In this document: in pieces, positions 1-10,660 of the stretch
Position numbering within the stretch: position 1 is the stretch's first letter
Layout of the letters: each line of letters starts with the position of its first letter
Assembly: GCF_006345805.1 (NCBI RefSeq)
Contig: NC_042997.1
Span: 83,700,001 to 83,764,000 of the forward strand
Length of the DNA stretch: 64,000 nt
Source of the DNA: Octopus sinensis
Lineage: Eukaryota
Direction of reading: 5' to 3'
The notes under the pieces: generated by a model
The model's database searches: none
Told to the model about the DNA's origin: nothing
The model's input: only the letters and a program-made list of their open reading frames with translations
Program-made: the position numbers and the translations under genes

Positions 1-189
1 TCCATCTACAGCACATAAACATAGTAAGAGAAACAAAAAAACAACATTAAGCCTATCAGAGCCAAGTAAGAATAAAGAACAATATTTCAATGCCAACACA
101 TGCAAATAAATACAATCACTTGGATATTATAATAGACAGCCCTTAAGTTAGCAGCATATCCCCAAACATTGGCAAATAGAGGCCTTTAT

Positions 190-640
190 CATTATCAGGC
201 AAGCCTTTAATTTGTCAGAAGAGACTAGTAAATCAGATGAGCTCAGTAGTTGCTAATATGCAGTTAGCCAGTTCAAAGGAGCAGTGGCCATTGTAACATT
301 AGTAAAAGGAGCAGAAAGATGAATCAGCACAGCTGTGAGCCAGTGATTAAACTGTGTCAGTGGCTGATTTATTCCCAATCTTCTGAGTGATTTTTGTTTG
401 GATGAGCTCTAAGATGTTTTCACATGTAGCAGCTGCACTGTTTCAAATATCTCAGGAGTAGTTCATTGTTTATAGTTGATTTTGTAGAGGCTGAAGCATT
501 TTCTGGACTAGAATAGGAATATTTGTGTTTGTGATGCAGTTTAGACAATCTTATAATATATATGGATGTTGCCATGAAAAATGATCTTTTGTAGTAATGT
601 TGATGGCTTTAGTTGGACATCGTTCATGTATATGGATAGT
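190..640 (-). mobile_element. Decayed CR1/Jockey-group LINE, ORF2 C-terminal relic
   Basis: Minus-strand translation with stops gives TMNYS*DI*NSAAATCENILELIQTKITQKIGNKSATDTV*SLAHSCADSSFCSFY*CYNGHCSFELANC. This follows the post-RT pattern MEYCSHIW..LDRIQ..LQSLAHRR..SL.LFYRYY.G.CS.ELA. Confidence 0.7.
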
Positions 641-798
641 GTGTAGTGTGTAGTGCAAGGTAGTTTATTTCATATGTGTGGTAATTATTTCTTGGTACTC
701 TGGAAGATTGTCAGACTATCAATGTATCAAATATTAACTAACAAATGTATGGCTGCAGAATATAGTAACAAAAACAGTTGGCATTGAAAAAAAAATCT

Positions 799-1315
799 CT
801 GGGCTGTGTAGTAAGAAGCTTGCTTTTCAACCACATGGTTCCAGGTTCAGTCCCACTGCATGACCCCTTGGGTGAGTGTCTTGTACTAGAATCTTGAGCC
901 AACCAAAGCCTTGTGAGTGGATTTAGTAGACAGAAACTGAAAGAAGCCTGTTGTGTGTATGTGTGTGTGTGTGTGCATATATATATATATATGGTTATGT
1001 GTGTGTGTATGTGTGTGTGTGCACGCATATATATATGGTTATGTGTGTGTATGTGTGTGTGTGCACGCATATATATATGGTTATGTGTGTGTGTATGTGT
1101 GTGTGTGTCTGTTTGTCACCCTACAATAGCTTGACAAGTGATGGTGTGTTTACGTCCCTGTAACTTAGCAGTTTGGCAAAAGGAAATGATAGAATAAGTA
1201 CTAGGCTTACAAAGAATAAGTCTTAGGGTTGATATCTTTGACTTCAAAACCCTTTAAGGCAGTGCTCCAGCATGGCTGCAGTCAAATGACTGAAACAAAT
1301 AAAAGAATAAAAGAA
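799..1315 (+). mobile_element. tRNA-derived SINE family A, full length
   Basis: Head ggctgtgtagtaagaagc..ggttcagtccc (A/B-box-like), internal (TA)/(TG) tract, tail ..gtcaaatgactgaaacaaataaaagaataaaagaa; matches many other copies in the window. Confidence 0.9.
973..1107 (+). repeat. ~42-bp tandem triplication within the SINE microsatellite
   Basis: gcatatatatatggttatgtgtgtgt..gtgcac unit occurs three times. Confidence 0.85.
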
Positions 1316-1904
1316 TTCAACTGAACCAGCATGCGACAAAAGTTTCAATGGAAAAATTGGCCAAAAGAGAAAATATGTAACAATAGTATGTGTTATCTAA
1401 GACAAATATGCAAAAATATAGACAAAAGAAAAAAAGAGCAAAGCTATACAAAAGACCTACAATTAAGGAGAAACAAGAATTCAGAGAAACAAAAGAAAGA
1501 TTAGTTCAACAGGTGAAAAAAGGCAAATATTTAAGAATACACAGGCCTGAAAATAGAATCAAATAATTAAAAAAAAATAAACTGTTCTGAGAAGATAAGC
1601 AAAACCTTTACAGGGAATTGCACAACAGAACTGTAGTAACAGAGAATTCTCCAGATAAAGAAACACAGAAACTTTGAAGAAAACTATCAAGAATAGAAAT
1701 ACTTCATAAAACAAATAGAATAATCCATAGAACAACAGAACAAGTGAACCTTGTAGTAGCTTAAGCATGAGCAAATATAACAGTAGAGAATATATTAGAA
1801 ACTGAAAGGAAGAAGGCAATTAAAAACCCCATAAAATGTGAGATACAGCCTAAACTTTCTGGATCTACATGATTTAAATAAACCTGGTCAAATGTTTCAT
1901 TAAA

Positions 1905-2085
1905 AATTATTTCAAATTTTAGAACAAGGCCAGCAATTTTAGGGAGAGGATTTAGTTGATAACACTTGACTGGTACTTGTTTTATCAACCCTGTAAAAGA
2001 CAAAATTGATCCTAGTGGTATTTGAACTCAGCAAATAAAGGGCCAGAAGAAATGCCTATGTTCAACATGGTGATGATTCTACCTT
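1905..2085 (-). mobile_element. SINE family B, decayed
   Basis: ttcaaattttagaacaaggccagcaatttt..ggtacttgttttatcaaccc..tttgaactcag matches 6319-6510. Confidence 0.75.
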
Positions 2086-2463
2086 AATCTTTTAATGAGA
2101 CACTTGTCACAAATATCATACCAGCTAGCATTAGGGGATGGTCTGGGAAACAGGTGTGGCTCCATTCCACACAATTATATGCCAATCATGATCCTGACAT
2201 GGACAATAAAAAGATATATGAACACCAAGATACAAATAAAATTGTATTGGAAGAGGAGAGTTGAAGAGGATGGTTATACAGCTGTAAAGACCAGCTATGG
2301 CAATGTCTCCATCACTCTGCCAAATAGGAAATAATTCTAAGCATATTAGACTTATTACCCTTGGTTATGATATACAAACTAGAATGTTACCTGCCATATG
2401 AGAGGTAATGTTTGGGAATATCATTTTGCCATTGTGGGTAACAACAGATAATATTATATATAT

Positions 2464-2800
2464 AGTTAAAGTAAAGACCCTCATCGATCATGAATGACCA
2501 TGGGATTGTACCTAGAAAGTTCCCCTCCAAGGTACAAATCCAGGGCAAGGTTGTTTATGGAAGATCAGCAGTTACCCATGCCTGCCAGCCTCCCTTCTCC
2601 ATGCCACTGATGTATTCCAAGGGAAAGGAAAGGCCGATACAGCTTGGCACCAGTGATGTAGCAACTCATTTCTACAGCTGAGTGAACTGGAGCAATGTGA
2701 AATAAAGTGTCTTGCTCAAGAACACAATACACTGACAGGTCCAGGAATTGAACTCACTACCTCATGATTGTGAACCTAATGCTCTAATCACTGAGCCATG
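2464..2800 (-). mobile_element. tRNA-derived SINE family C
   Basis: Reverse complement starts catggctcagtgattagagc..gagttcaattcc (A/B boxes), then ttgtgttcttgagcaagacacttt; homologous to 58268-58592. Confidence 0.85.
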
Positions 2801-3732
2801 TTTGATAATTAGATGGTATTGGAATGAGAAAAATGGTGAAATTATAATTATTGTATTGATGTAGCATTACCAGACATTACCCACAGCAGCAATATTATTT
2901 GTCATCTAACAGGTGACATACTAATAAATAGATAAAATAGAAAAAAAAACCTATATACTAATTGAACAGATAACTAATAAAAAACAAAATAACCTATAAT
3001 GATTGTGTTTCATATTCACAGACCTTTGAATGGAAAAAAATTATAAAAATTATCATAAGTAATTATAGGTTTCATAAAACGAGCATGCCTAAATGGACAT
3101 CCAAAATAATAGTATGTCACAAAGATGAGAGTCTAAAAACTGACATCATTAACATTGAAAATAGAATTTTCTGAAGAGATTCACCCTCATCAATCCTGTT
3201 CCCTCTTGCTTTTCTTCTATTAAGTACAGTGACAAATTCTACAAGAAATAGTTACAGAGTTGATGAGGCCAAGAGCTGCCACTTACTCTATATGGACAGC
3301 ATCAAACTCCAATTCAGATCTAATAATAAATAGCTGGGAAATATTTCACCTTACAGTAGACATAATACTTTATAGCTCTGACATTAATATGGAGTTTGGA
3401 ATTGATAAACATGTCAAGGCTAGCATTAGTTGAGGAACACTGACCAAGTCAATAAATACAGATAATGAAATCAACCAAGCAATATAATTAATTATCAGGA
3501 AAAAGAAGAGGTATTAATATTGGTGAATCAATGATGAGGGAATATATAGCATTTCAGAGTGAAATAGATACTGTGAAAAGAATACATCTGATGGCCTAGG
3601 TTTGAAACGATCCTAAATAGTGAATTTAAATCACAAGATGGGAGAAAGAAGCAACTTAGCTATCATAGCAGTAAGATATATATTCAGTTAAATAAACTAG
3701 AAGTGTATGATATTCAAGAAATGTACAGAAAA

Positions 3733-3885
3733 TGTAGCTGTGTGGTAAGAAGATTGCTCCTTGACCACATGGTACTGGGTTCAATCTTAGTGAGTTGCAA
3801 TTTGGGTAAATATCTTCTACTTCAGCCCCAGGCCAACCAAAACATCGTGAGTGGATTTGGTAGATGAAAACTGAAAGAAGCATAT
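3733..3885 (+). mobile_element. SINE family A, 5' part
   Basis: gtagctgtgtggtaagaag..gggttcaatc..gtgagtggatttggtagatg. Confidence 0.85.
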
Positions 3886-3904
3886 CTGTCTGTCTGTCTG
3901 TCAG

Positions 3905-3973
<69 letters not shown>

Positions 3974-3981
3974 GGACAGAT
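3884..3981. repeat. (TCTA)n-(TAGA)n palindromic microsatellite
   Basis: Tetranucleotide tract reverses orientation at atcgat (3936-3941). Confidence 0.9.
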
Positions 3982-4020
3982 AAATATAAGCTTAGAGAAA
4001 GGTTATATGCCCATGACTGC

Positions 4021-4084
4021 TGGAGTCTGATGAGTCATCTATAAAGCTAAGTGCTTTATGGATACGAAACCATTGGTCATTCTA
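4021..4084 (+). ncRNA. Type I hammerhead ribozyme (Penelope-pLTR/retrozyme-like)
   Basis: Stem I tggagt/attcta; CTGATGA 4027-4033; 13-bp stem II gt(c)atctataaagc/gctttatggatac with loop taagt; GAAA 4066-4069; stem III acc-att-ggt; cleavage triplet GTC 4076-4078. Confidence 0.8.
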
Positions 4085-4120
4085 TGAATGGACATATATT
4101 TAACTTCATGCAAATATATA

Positions 4121-4159
<39 letters not shown>

Positions 4160-4239
4160 TATATATAGGGTGTAGTGAATAAACTGTCATCTAAATTACG
4201 CAAAAATGAAAATAACAATGACATCTTTTAACAGGTATT

Positions 4240-4445
4240 CTATTTGTTTCAGTCATTTGACTATGGCCATGCTGGAGCACCGCCTTTCATTGAACAAATT
4301 GACCCTAGGGCTTATTCTTTGTAAGCCTAGTATCTATTCTATTGGTCTCTTTTGCTGAACCACCAAGTTATGGGGACATAAGCACACCAACATCAGTTGT
4401 TAAGCGATGGTGCAGGGGACAAACACGGATACACAAACATATATA
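4240..4445 (-). mobile_element. SINE family A, 3' half
   Basis: tgtttcagtcatttgactatggccatgctggagcaccgcc. Confidence 0.85.
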
Positions 4446-4628
4446 TGCCAAGCAGTACAGCATGTTGTTTCCCAATTTATGGCAGAGTGAATTGTGTCAT
4501 GGGGCTGTTTTTCTCACAGACAGGGCCCAACTGACCCTACTATACTGTGTAGTTGACAAAATCAAAAGCAAACAATGCACATGCACAAAATTAATAATTT
4601 TAAATGGCGACATTTTAACCATCACACC

Positions 4629-4655
4629 TGTGTGTGTATGTGTGTGTGTGTGTGT

Positions 4656-4700
<45 letters not shown>
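4629..4700. repeat. (TG)n microsatellite
   Basis: Direct observation. Confidence 0.9.
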
Positions 4701-4702
<2 letters not shown>

Positions 4703-4914
4703 ATATAGAATATAAAAGGAGTTTTCATCAACTGACATAAAGTAATAGGCATGTACAATGAGTGCTCAGTTTGATTTACCACTAGAATTCTGTCTTGAAC
4801 TTTAACTGAAGAGTGTGGTGTTGAGATTGCCTATCTGAGACAGCTAGAAGTGATTTTTCTTTGAGCAGGTAGATACAGATTAAAGTAAAACCAAAAAAGC
4901 AAAACGTTTGGCAC

Positions 4915-5017
4915 CACTTGAAAAGACATTTAATTTAGACAGAGAATATAGACATAGAGAGTCTCTTACAACTGAATGTTTCTGTTCTCTATCTAAATTA
5001 AATGTCCTTTTCAAGTG
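4915..5017. repeat. Inverted repeat, ~41-bp arms, 20-nt loop
   Basis: cacttgaaaagacatttaatttagacagagaatatagacat / atgtttctgttctctatctaaattaaatgtccttttcaagtg. Confidence 0.85.
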
Positions 5018-5069
5018 ATGATATATGTTTTACTTTTTCCCCTATATATGTGTGCCTGCATATATCTGT

Positions 5070-5250
5070 AGGTGTGTGTGTTTGTCCCTCAGCACTACTT
5101 GACAACTTGTGTTGGTTTGTTTACATTCCAATAAGTATTGGGCTTAACAAAAATAAACACTGGGGTTGATTTGTTTGACTAACCCCTTCACAGTGGTGCC
5201 CCAGTATGGCTGCAGTCTAATGACTGAAACAAGTAAAAGGTGAAAGATGA
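5070..5250 (+). mobile_element. SINE family A, 3' half
   Basis: cttgacaacttgtgttggtttg..ggtgccccagtatggctgcagtctaatgactgaaacaagtaaaag. Confidence 0.85.
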
Positions 5251-5469
5251 AAAAAATAAGAAAACTAGCTTACATGAGGTTGTCTAACCAGCTAGAAATA
5301 GCAACCGAATTTCCCATAAATAACATTATTTTGAAAAAGAAAGAAGGGCACATTGTTATGAATATGAGATAGTCATGGTGAGAATGTATTTGTTCGTAGG
5401 TCTGTTCAATCATGGTTCATCTGGGGGTTAAATAAAAATTGTTAATGAAATTCAAATTAAAATTCTAAT

Positions 5470-5770
5470 TGTGGAGGGAACCTGTGGAATAGGTAGACCC
5501 AGGTAGATGTAGGACAAGGTGGTGAAATATAATCTTTGGTTGTTGAGTCTCATGGAAGCAATGACAAGTGACCAAGACTTCTGGTGATTTGTTGTGCTTG
5601 AGAAGACATGTCAGACTAGGTGAAATTGTAGGACGAACATCCAGTCATAGAAACCATGCCAAAACAGATGACTGAAGCCTGGTGTAGCTCTCTGACTTAC
5701 CAGCTCCAGTCAAACCATCTAATTCATGCCAGCATGGAAAATGGACATTAAATGATGATGATGGTGATGA
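5470..5770 (+). mobile_element. RTE LINE 3' end (ORF C-terminus plus family E tail ending (GAT)n)
   Basis: VEGTCGIGRPR*M*DKVVKYNLWLLSLMEAMTSDQDFW*FVVLEKT (RTE GRPR..W motif), then catccagtcatagaaaccatgcc..catggaaaatggacattaaatgatgatg. Confidence 0.8.
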
Positions 5771-6318
5771 AATAACTTTAATCAAAAGTTAACACATACC
5801 ACATAAATGTTTGGTAGACAGAATACAGAAAAGAAGTCTTGTGTAACTGGAGATGCTCTATAAAGCCTCAACAGGTGGACTGGATATTTACTTCCAGAAG
5901 AAAACAAGACAGTTATAAAATGTTACTCAACTAAAAAGCTGTATTTAATACACACAGAAGCTTAGAAATATTTAGCAGAATGTGTGTTCTAATCATACAC
6001 TACTCACAAAACATGACACTTAACATTAAATACACTTACAAACCAGAAAATAAGAAAGAAGTAAACCAAAAAACAACAACAGGAATACACCATATGAAAT
6101 GAAACACCTCTATGAATAGTTCTTCAAACAACTGAATAAAGCTGATTGTGACAAACAACAAAACTATATCAGGTTCCAAGGCTATCAACTGAAAAAGAGA
6201 ACAGAAGGTTTGGTAATTCCTGTTGAGGAAAAAATGATTCATTCAAAGCAGACACCACAAAAATATATATGAATAATTCTTTTTTAGAATGGTGGATCTT
6301 GAAGCAGATAAAACTACA

Positions 6319-6725
6319 AATAATCCTTTCTACTATAGGCGCAAGGCCTGAAAATTCAGGGAAGGGGACTAGTCAATTACATCGACCCCAGTGTTTCACT
6401 TGTACTTAATTTATCGACCTCAAAAAGATGAAAGGCAAAGTCAACCTTGGTGGAATTTGAACTCAGAATGTGAATACAGCTAAACATTCTGCCAGCTCAC
6501 TGCATTAATGATAATAACAATAATAATAATAATCCTTTCTACTATAGGCACAAGGTCTGAAATTTTAGGGAGAAGACTAGTCAATGACATCGACCCCGAT
6601 ACTTGACTGGTACTTAATTTGTTGACCCCAAAAGGATGAAAGTCAAACAGAATTTGAACTCAGTATGCAAAGACGGATGAAACACTGCTAAGCATTCCAC
6701 CTGGCATGCTCATGATTCTGCCAAA
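6319..6725 (-). mobile_element. Two head-to-tail SINE family B copies separated by (AAT)n
   Basis: aataatcctttctactataggc..gatgaaaggcaaagtcaacc..aatttgaactcag at 6319-6510 and 6530-6725. Confidence 0.9.
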
Positions 6726-6899
6726 AGCTACAAATAATATGTAAATACTGGGTTAAAAACCCTATTTATTCAAGATCCACTATTCCAAAAAAGAATTACT
6801 TCATGTTCTCTCAAAGATTATAAATTTGTATGTTATCAACAGTCTACGATTCTCTTTGGTAATAATAAAGTTTCTAAAATGGATAGAGAAATTCAAAGG

Positions 6900-6970
6900 A
6901 CTGCTTTGGTCCAATGGTAGAACACCTGTCATGTTTACAGGAGATATGGGTTTGAGTCCCATGGGCAGCT
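6900..6970 (+). tRNA. tRNA-like cloverleaf (pseudogene or mobile-element module; nominal anticodon TGT)
   Basis: Acceptor ctgctt/gggcag; D arm gtcc-aatggta-gaac; anticodon stem cctgt/acagg with loop catgttt (non-canonical at 33 and 37); T arm atggg-tttgagt-cccat. Confidence 0.65.
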
Positions 6971-7119
6971 TTCAGTGTTTTCTATCCAAATGGTTTTTCA
7001 ACCCAATATTTACATGCTATTATTTATAGATCTACTGTTTCAAAGAAAGAATCATTTTGTGTTCTCTCAAAGTTTATAAATTCTTATGAGGCTGAAAAAA
7101 ATTATATATATAGATATGT

Positions 7120-7310
7120 ATTTATGTGTGTGTGTCTTTGTGTCTATGTTTGTTCCCCCACCATCACTTGACAACTGGTGTTGGTGTGTTTATGTCCCCA
7201 TAACTTAGCAGTTTGACAAAAGAGACCAATAGGACAAGTACTTGGCTTACAAAGAATAAGTCCTGGGGTCGATTTGTTCAACTAAAAAACTCTTTAAGAT
7301 GGTGCAAGCA
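7120..7310 (+). mobile_element. SINE family A, 3' half
   Basis: ttgacaactggtgttggtgtgtttatgtccccataacttagcag..ggggtcgatttgttcaactaa. Confidence 0.85.
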
Positions 7311-8624
7311 TACACCAGAGATGGTTATGGAAAAGAGAAAATGGTGATTTTCTCCAGGATATATAAAATACATACAGATAAAAAGATTGGAACAAACTGT
7401 CCTGATATAAATTTAAAATGAAAATAAGATCCGATAATAATTGGATATTGAAAAATTCTCCAAACATAATAACCTCCAAATGAAGACATCAAAGCATATT
7501 AAAAAAAAACCCCATTAATTATAACGGTGTTTAGAGAAACAAAGCTAGCTAAAAATTGAAGCAGTACCTGATAATTTTTCCCTATGCTATGATAGCACCT
7601 CTAGGATATGCTCATATTCTGCATAAGAAAACAAAACATACCTTACATCTACTGAGTTACATAATAGTTCTAGAGAGTAGAGTACATTAGGATAATAATA
7701 TGAAAAGATGATAGTAATAATAATGGGTATGATCACCAAAGAAGGACAGCTAATAAAGGAACCCACAAATCTGAGAACATGTGAGTCTAAGGACAAGTGT
7801 CTTCTCACAGTTGTATTCTCTGGCCTACAAGACCATTCATATAGACTATTATTGCATCTCTCATACAACTTCCAGCAAATAGAAGGCACTACCTATCTCT
7901 CTCTTTCCACCCTCAACTTCTTCCCAAGCTGTATATGGAGAAGTTGATAAGAGTTTGGGCAATGAAGTGGGTGTTTGCCTTTGCTTTTCATTTTTTCAAT
8001 CATGTCAATCAATCTCTTTGACGATCATTCGTTACTAGTAACATAACTGTCACTTATAAACCCACAAGAGTTTATTTACATTTCTGAAGAAAAATGATAC
8101 CCTTCCCCCCACATATAGAAAAATAAAAATTTTACGGAAAGTGGAAAGTGACAATCTTCTTCAAATGTAAACAAATACACGTGATGTGACGTAAATGGGA
8201 CTCATATCGAAAGAATACCATCTCTTTTATTATACCCTTTAGACAGAATAAAACTGCCTGCCCTTCATGGTCATAGGAAGGCAATGGGGCAAGCCTAACA
8301 ATGGACTTGGTTGATGGCCAGATCTGTTCTACATGCAACAAAAGCTGTTCAATAAAACTTCATAGTTCAGTAATGCTCAATTACTGAATGATTGTAACAG
8401 AACAGAGTTTCATCATGCTGTACACACACACACATCAGACAGACCTGGGTGATGATGCTACATGTTTGTAGAGTTTATGCTTAACAAGCAATATCCACTC
8501 CCTACCAGTAGTACTACTAGGCCAGGGACAAAAACAATTTGTATTATATTATCACAAGGCAATACAAATACGAAACATTAAACTATACTGGACAAGAGAA
8601 ACATTTTTGAGAATACGTGTTATT

Positions 8625-8905
8625 TTCATCTTTTACTTGTTTCAGTCATTAAATAGTAGCCAGACTGGAGCACCACCATGAAATGTTTAGTCCAACAAAT
8701 CACTCTTGTACTTGTTTATTCTGTCTCTTTTGTAGAGCTGCTATGTTAAGGGATGTAAATAAACTAACACCAGATGTCAGTTAGTGGAGGTAGGACACAC
8801 ACACACACACATATACAATGGGCTTCCACATAGTTTCCATCAACCAAATTCACTCACAAGGGATTGCTTGGTCCAGAGCTATAAATGATGACACTTGCAG
8901 TATGC
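8625..8905 (-). mobile_element. SINE family A, decayed
   Basis: ttttacttgtttcagtcatt..accaaattcactcacaagg. Confidence 0.8.
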
Positions 8906-8909
8906 TCAG

Positions 8910-9069
8910 TAAAGTGGTTGGAGTTAGAAAGGGCAACCAGCTGCAGAAATGATGCCAAAACAGACATGGAACCCGGGCAGCTCTTCAACTGGCCAGCTCT
9001 TGTCAAACCATCCAACCCATGCCAGCATGGAAAACAGACCTTAAATGATGATGATGATGATAATGATGA
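8910..9069 (+). mobile_element. Family E RTE-type 3' end with (GAT)n tail
   Basis: agtggttggagttagaaagggcaaccagctg..caacccatgccagcatggaaaacagaccttaaatgatgatg. Confidence 0.8.
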
Positions 9070-9855
9070 GGCATAGGAGTGGCTGTGTGGTAAGTCCCAC
9101 TGCCTGGCACCTTGGGCAAGTGTCTTCTACTATAGCCTCGGGTAGACTAAAGCCTTGTGAGTGGATTTGGCAGATGGAAATTGAAAGAAGCACATCGTAT
9201 ATATATATATATATATACGTGTGTGTATATGTTTGTGTGTTTGTGTTTGTCCCCCCCAACATCGCTTGACAATCGATGTTGGTGTGTTTACGTCCCCGTA
9301 ACTTAGTAGTTCGGCAAAAGTGACTGAAAGAATAAGTCCTGGGGTAGATTTGCTCGACTAAAGGCGGTGCTCCAGCATGGCCGCAGTCAAATGACTGAAA
9401 CAAGTAAAAGAGTAAAAGAGTATGGGAAACAGCAACAACAGGCGCAGGAGTGGCTGTGTGGTGAGTAGCTTGCTAACCAACCACATGGTTCTGGGTTCAG
9501 TCCCACTGCATGGCGTCTTGGACAAGTGTCTTCTGCTATAGCCCCGGGCCGACCAATGCCTTGTGAGTGGATTTGGTAGATGGAAACTGAAAGAAGCCTG
9601 TCGTATATATGTATATATATGTGTATGTATGTGTATGTGTTTGTATGTCTGTGTTTGTCTCCCTAGCATTGCTTGACAACCGATGCTGGTATGTTTACGT
9701 CCCCGTAACTTAGCGGTTTGGCAAAAGAGACCGATAGAATAAGTACTGGGCTTACAAAGAATAAGTCCCGGGGTCGAGTTGCTCAATTAAAGGCGGTGCT
9801 CCAGCATGGCCGCAGTCAAATGACTGAAACAAGTAAAAGAGTAAAAAAAGAGAGT
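9070..9855 (+). mobile_element. Two tandem young SINE family A copies (9070-9420, 9441-9855)
   Basis: CpG-retaining copies ggcgcaggagtggctgtgtgg..aaggcggtgctccagcatggccgcagtcaaatgactgaaacaagtaaaagag; the first has internal deletions. Confidence 0.92.
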
Positions 9856-10556
9856 AACAGTGGCAAAAATTTTCCTTCTTTCTCACATAGGTCACAAAAT
9901 CCTATGGGGGGTGGGTTAAAAGGAGTGAAGGACAAACGTTTGTGATATTCATGCCTTTACTGAAGGCACTTACAAAAGAGTTAAATAATAAATAGACTTC
10001 ACTGGTGGTTGATGCTATCTCCAAGAGCAATGTGTGTATGTATGTGTGTGTGTGTGTGTGTGGATGAGGGGGTGAATAGAAAGAAAGCAAGTGGTTGGGG
10101 AAGCTCTGTCACCATCACAGTTGTTGAAATGTTGCTCCCTCTGATAACCCAAGCCAGCCTTTCACCAAGGGGTGATGATGATAGCTCCATAAAGTGAAAT
10201 GATATGAAATGAAATGGTTTGAAAGTAAGATTCAGAAACTGGGTTGTTGATTGGAGGAACAGGGTAGATAGGTCAGTAGGTAGGTAGGCAGATAGGTAAG
10301 TGGTCTAGACCAGACTGCTACTGCTGCTGCTACGACTACTACTACTACTACTACAGCAGCAATAATAAATCACACCATTTAAATGCTTGGTAACCACAAA
10401 GTGACACATCCTTTCTCCCCAGTAGGTGTCACAAGAGGTAAACAGTGGGGGTGAGGAGAGAACATTATAAAAGATGTCAGATTAGAGGATGTGCAATAGT
10501 GACACAGGGGGGAGGGAGAGAGAAGAGTGGCATGTTTATATAACATTCAGGGAAGA

Positions 10557-10660
<104 letters not shown>

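Larger units (their letters stand above)
722..7700 (+). mobile_element. Fragmented, decayed R4/Dong-clade non-LTR retrotransposon (RT + RLE); segments ~722-798, 1316-1890, 2280-2460, 2800-3732, 5770-6318, 7311-7700
   Basis: Collinear degenerate motifs: KKRAKLYKRPTIKEKQEFRETKERLVQQVK (~1430-1520); KKNLYTN*TD (~2942); RIF*RDSPSSILF (GIFQGDSLSPLLF); HLLYMDSIKL (3280); DINMEFGIDK (~3380); LEMLYKASTGGLDIY (~5847); IHTDKKIGTNCPDI (7368, RLE PD motif); EKFSKHNNL; IAPLGYAHIL (~7592); then an AAT-type tail. Confidence 0.8.

Noticed and set aside
738-1163. ORFs containing ASFSF.LPNPLTR-type peptides, recurring at 9358, 32827 and 41735
   Set aside because: Recurrent translations of SINE family A, not a gene family.
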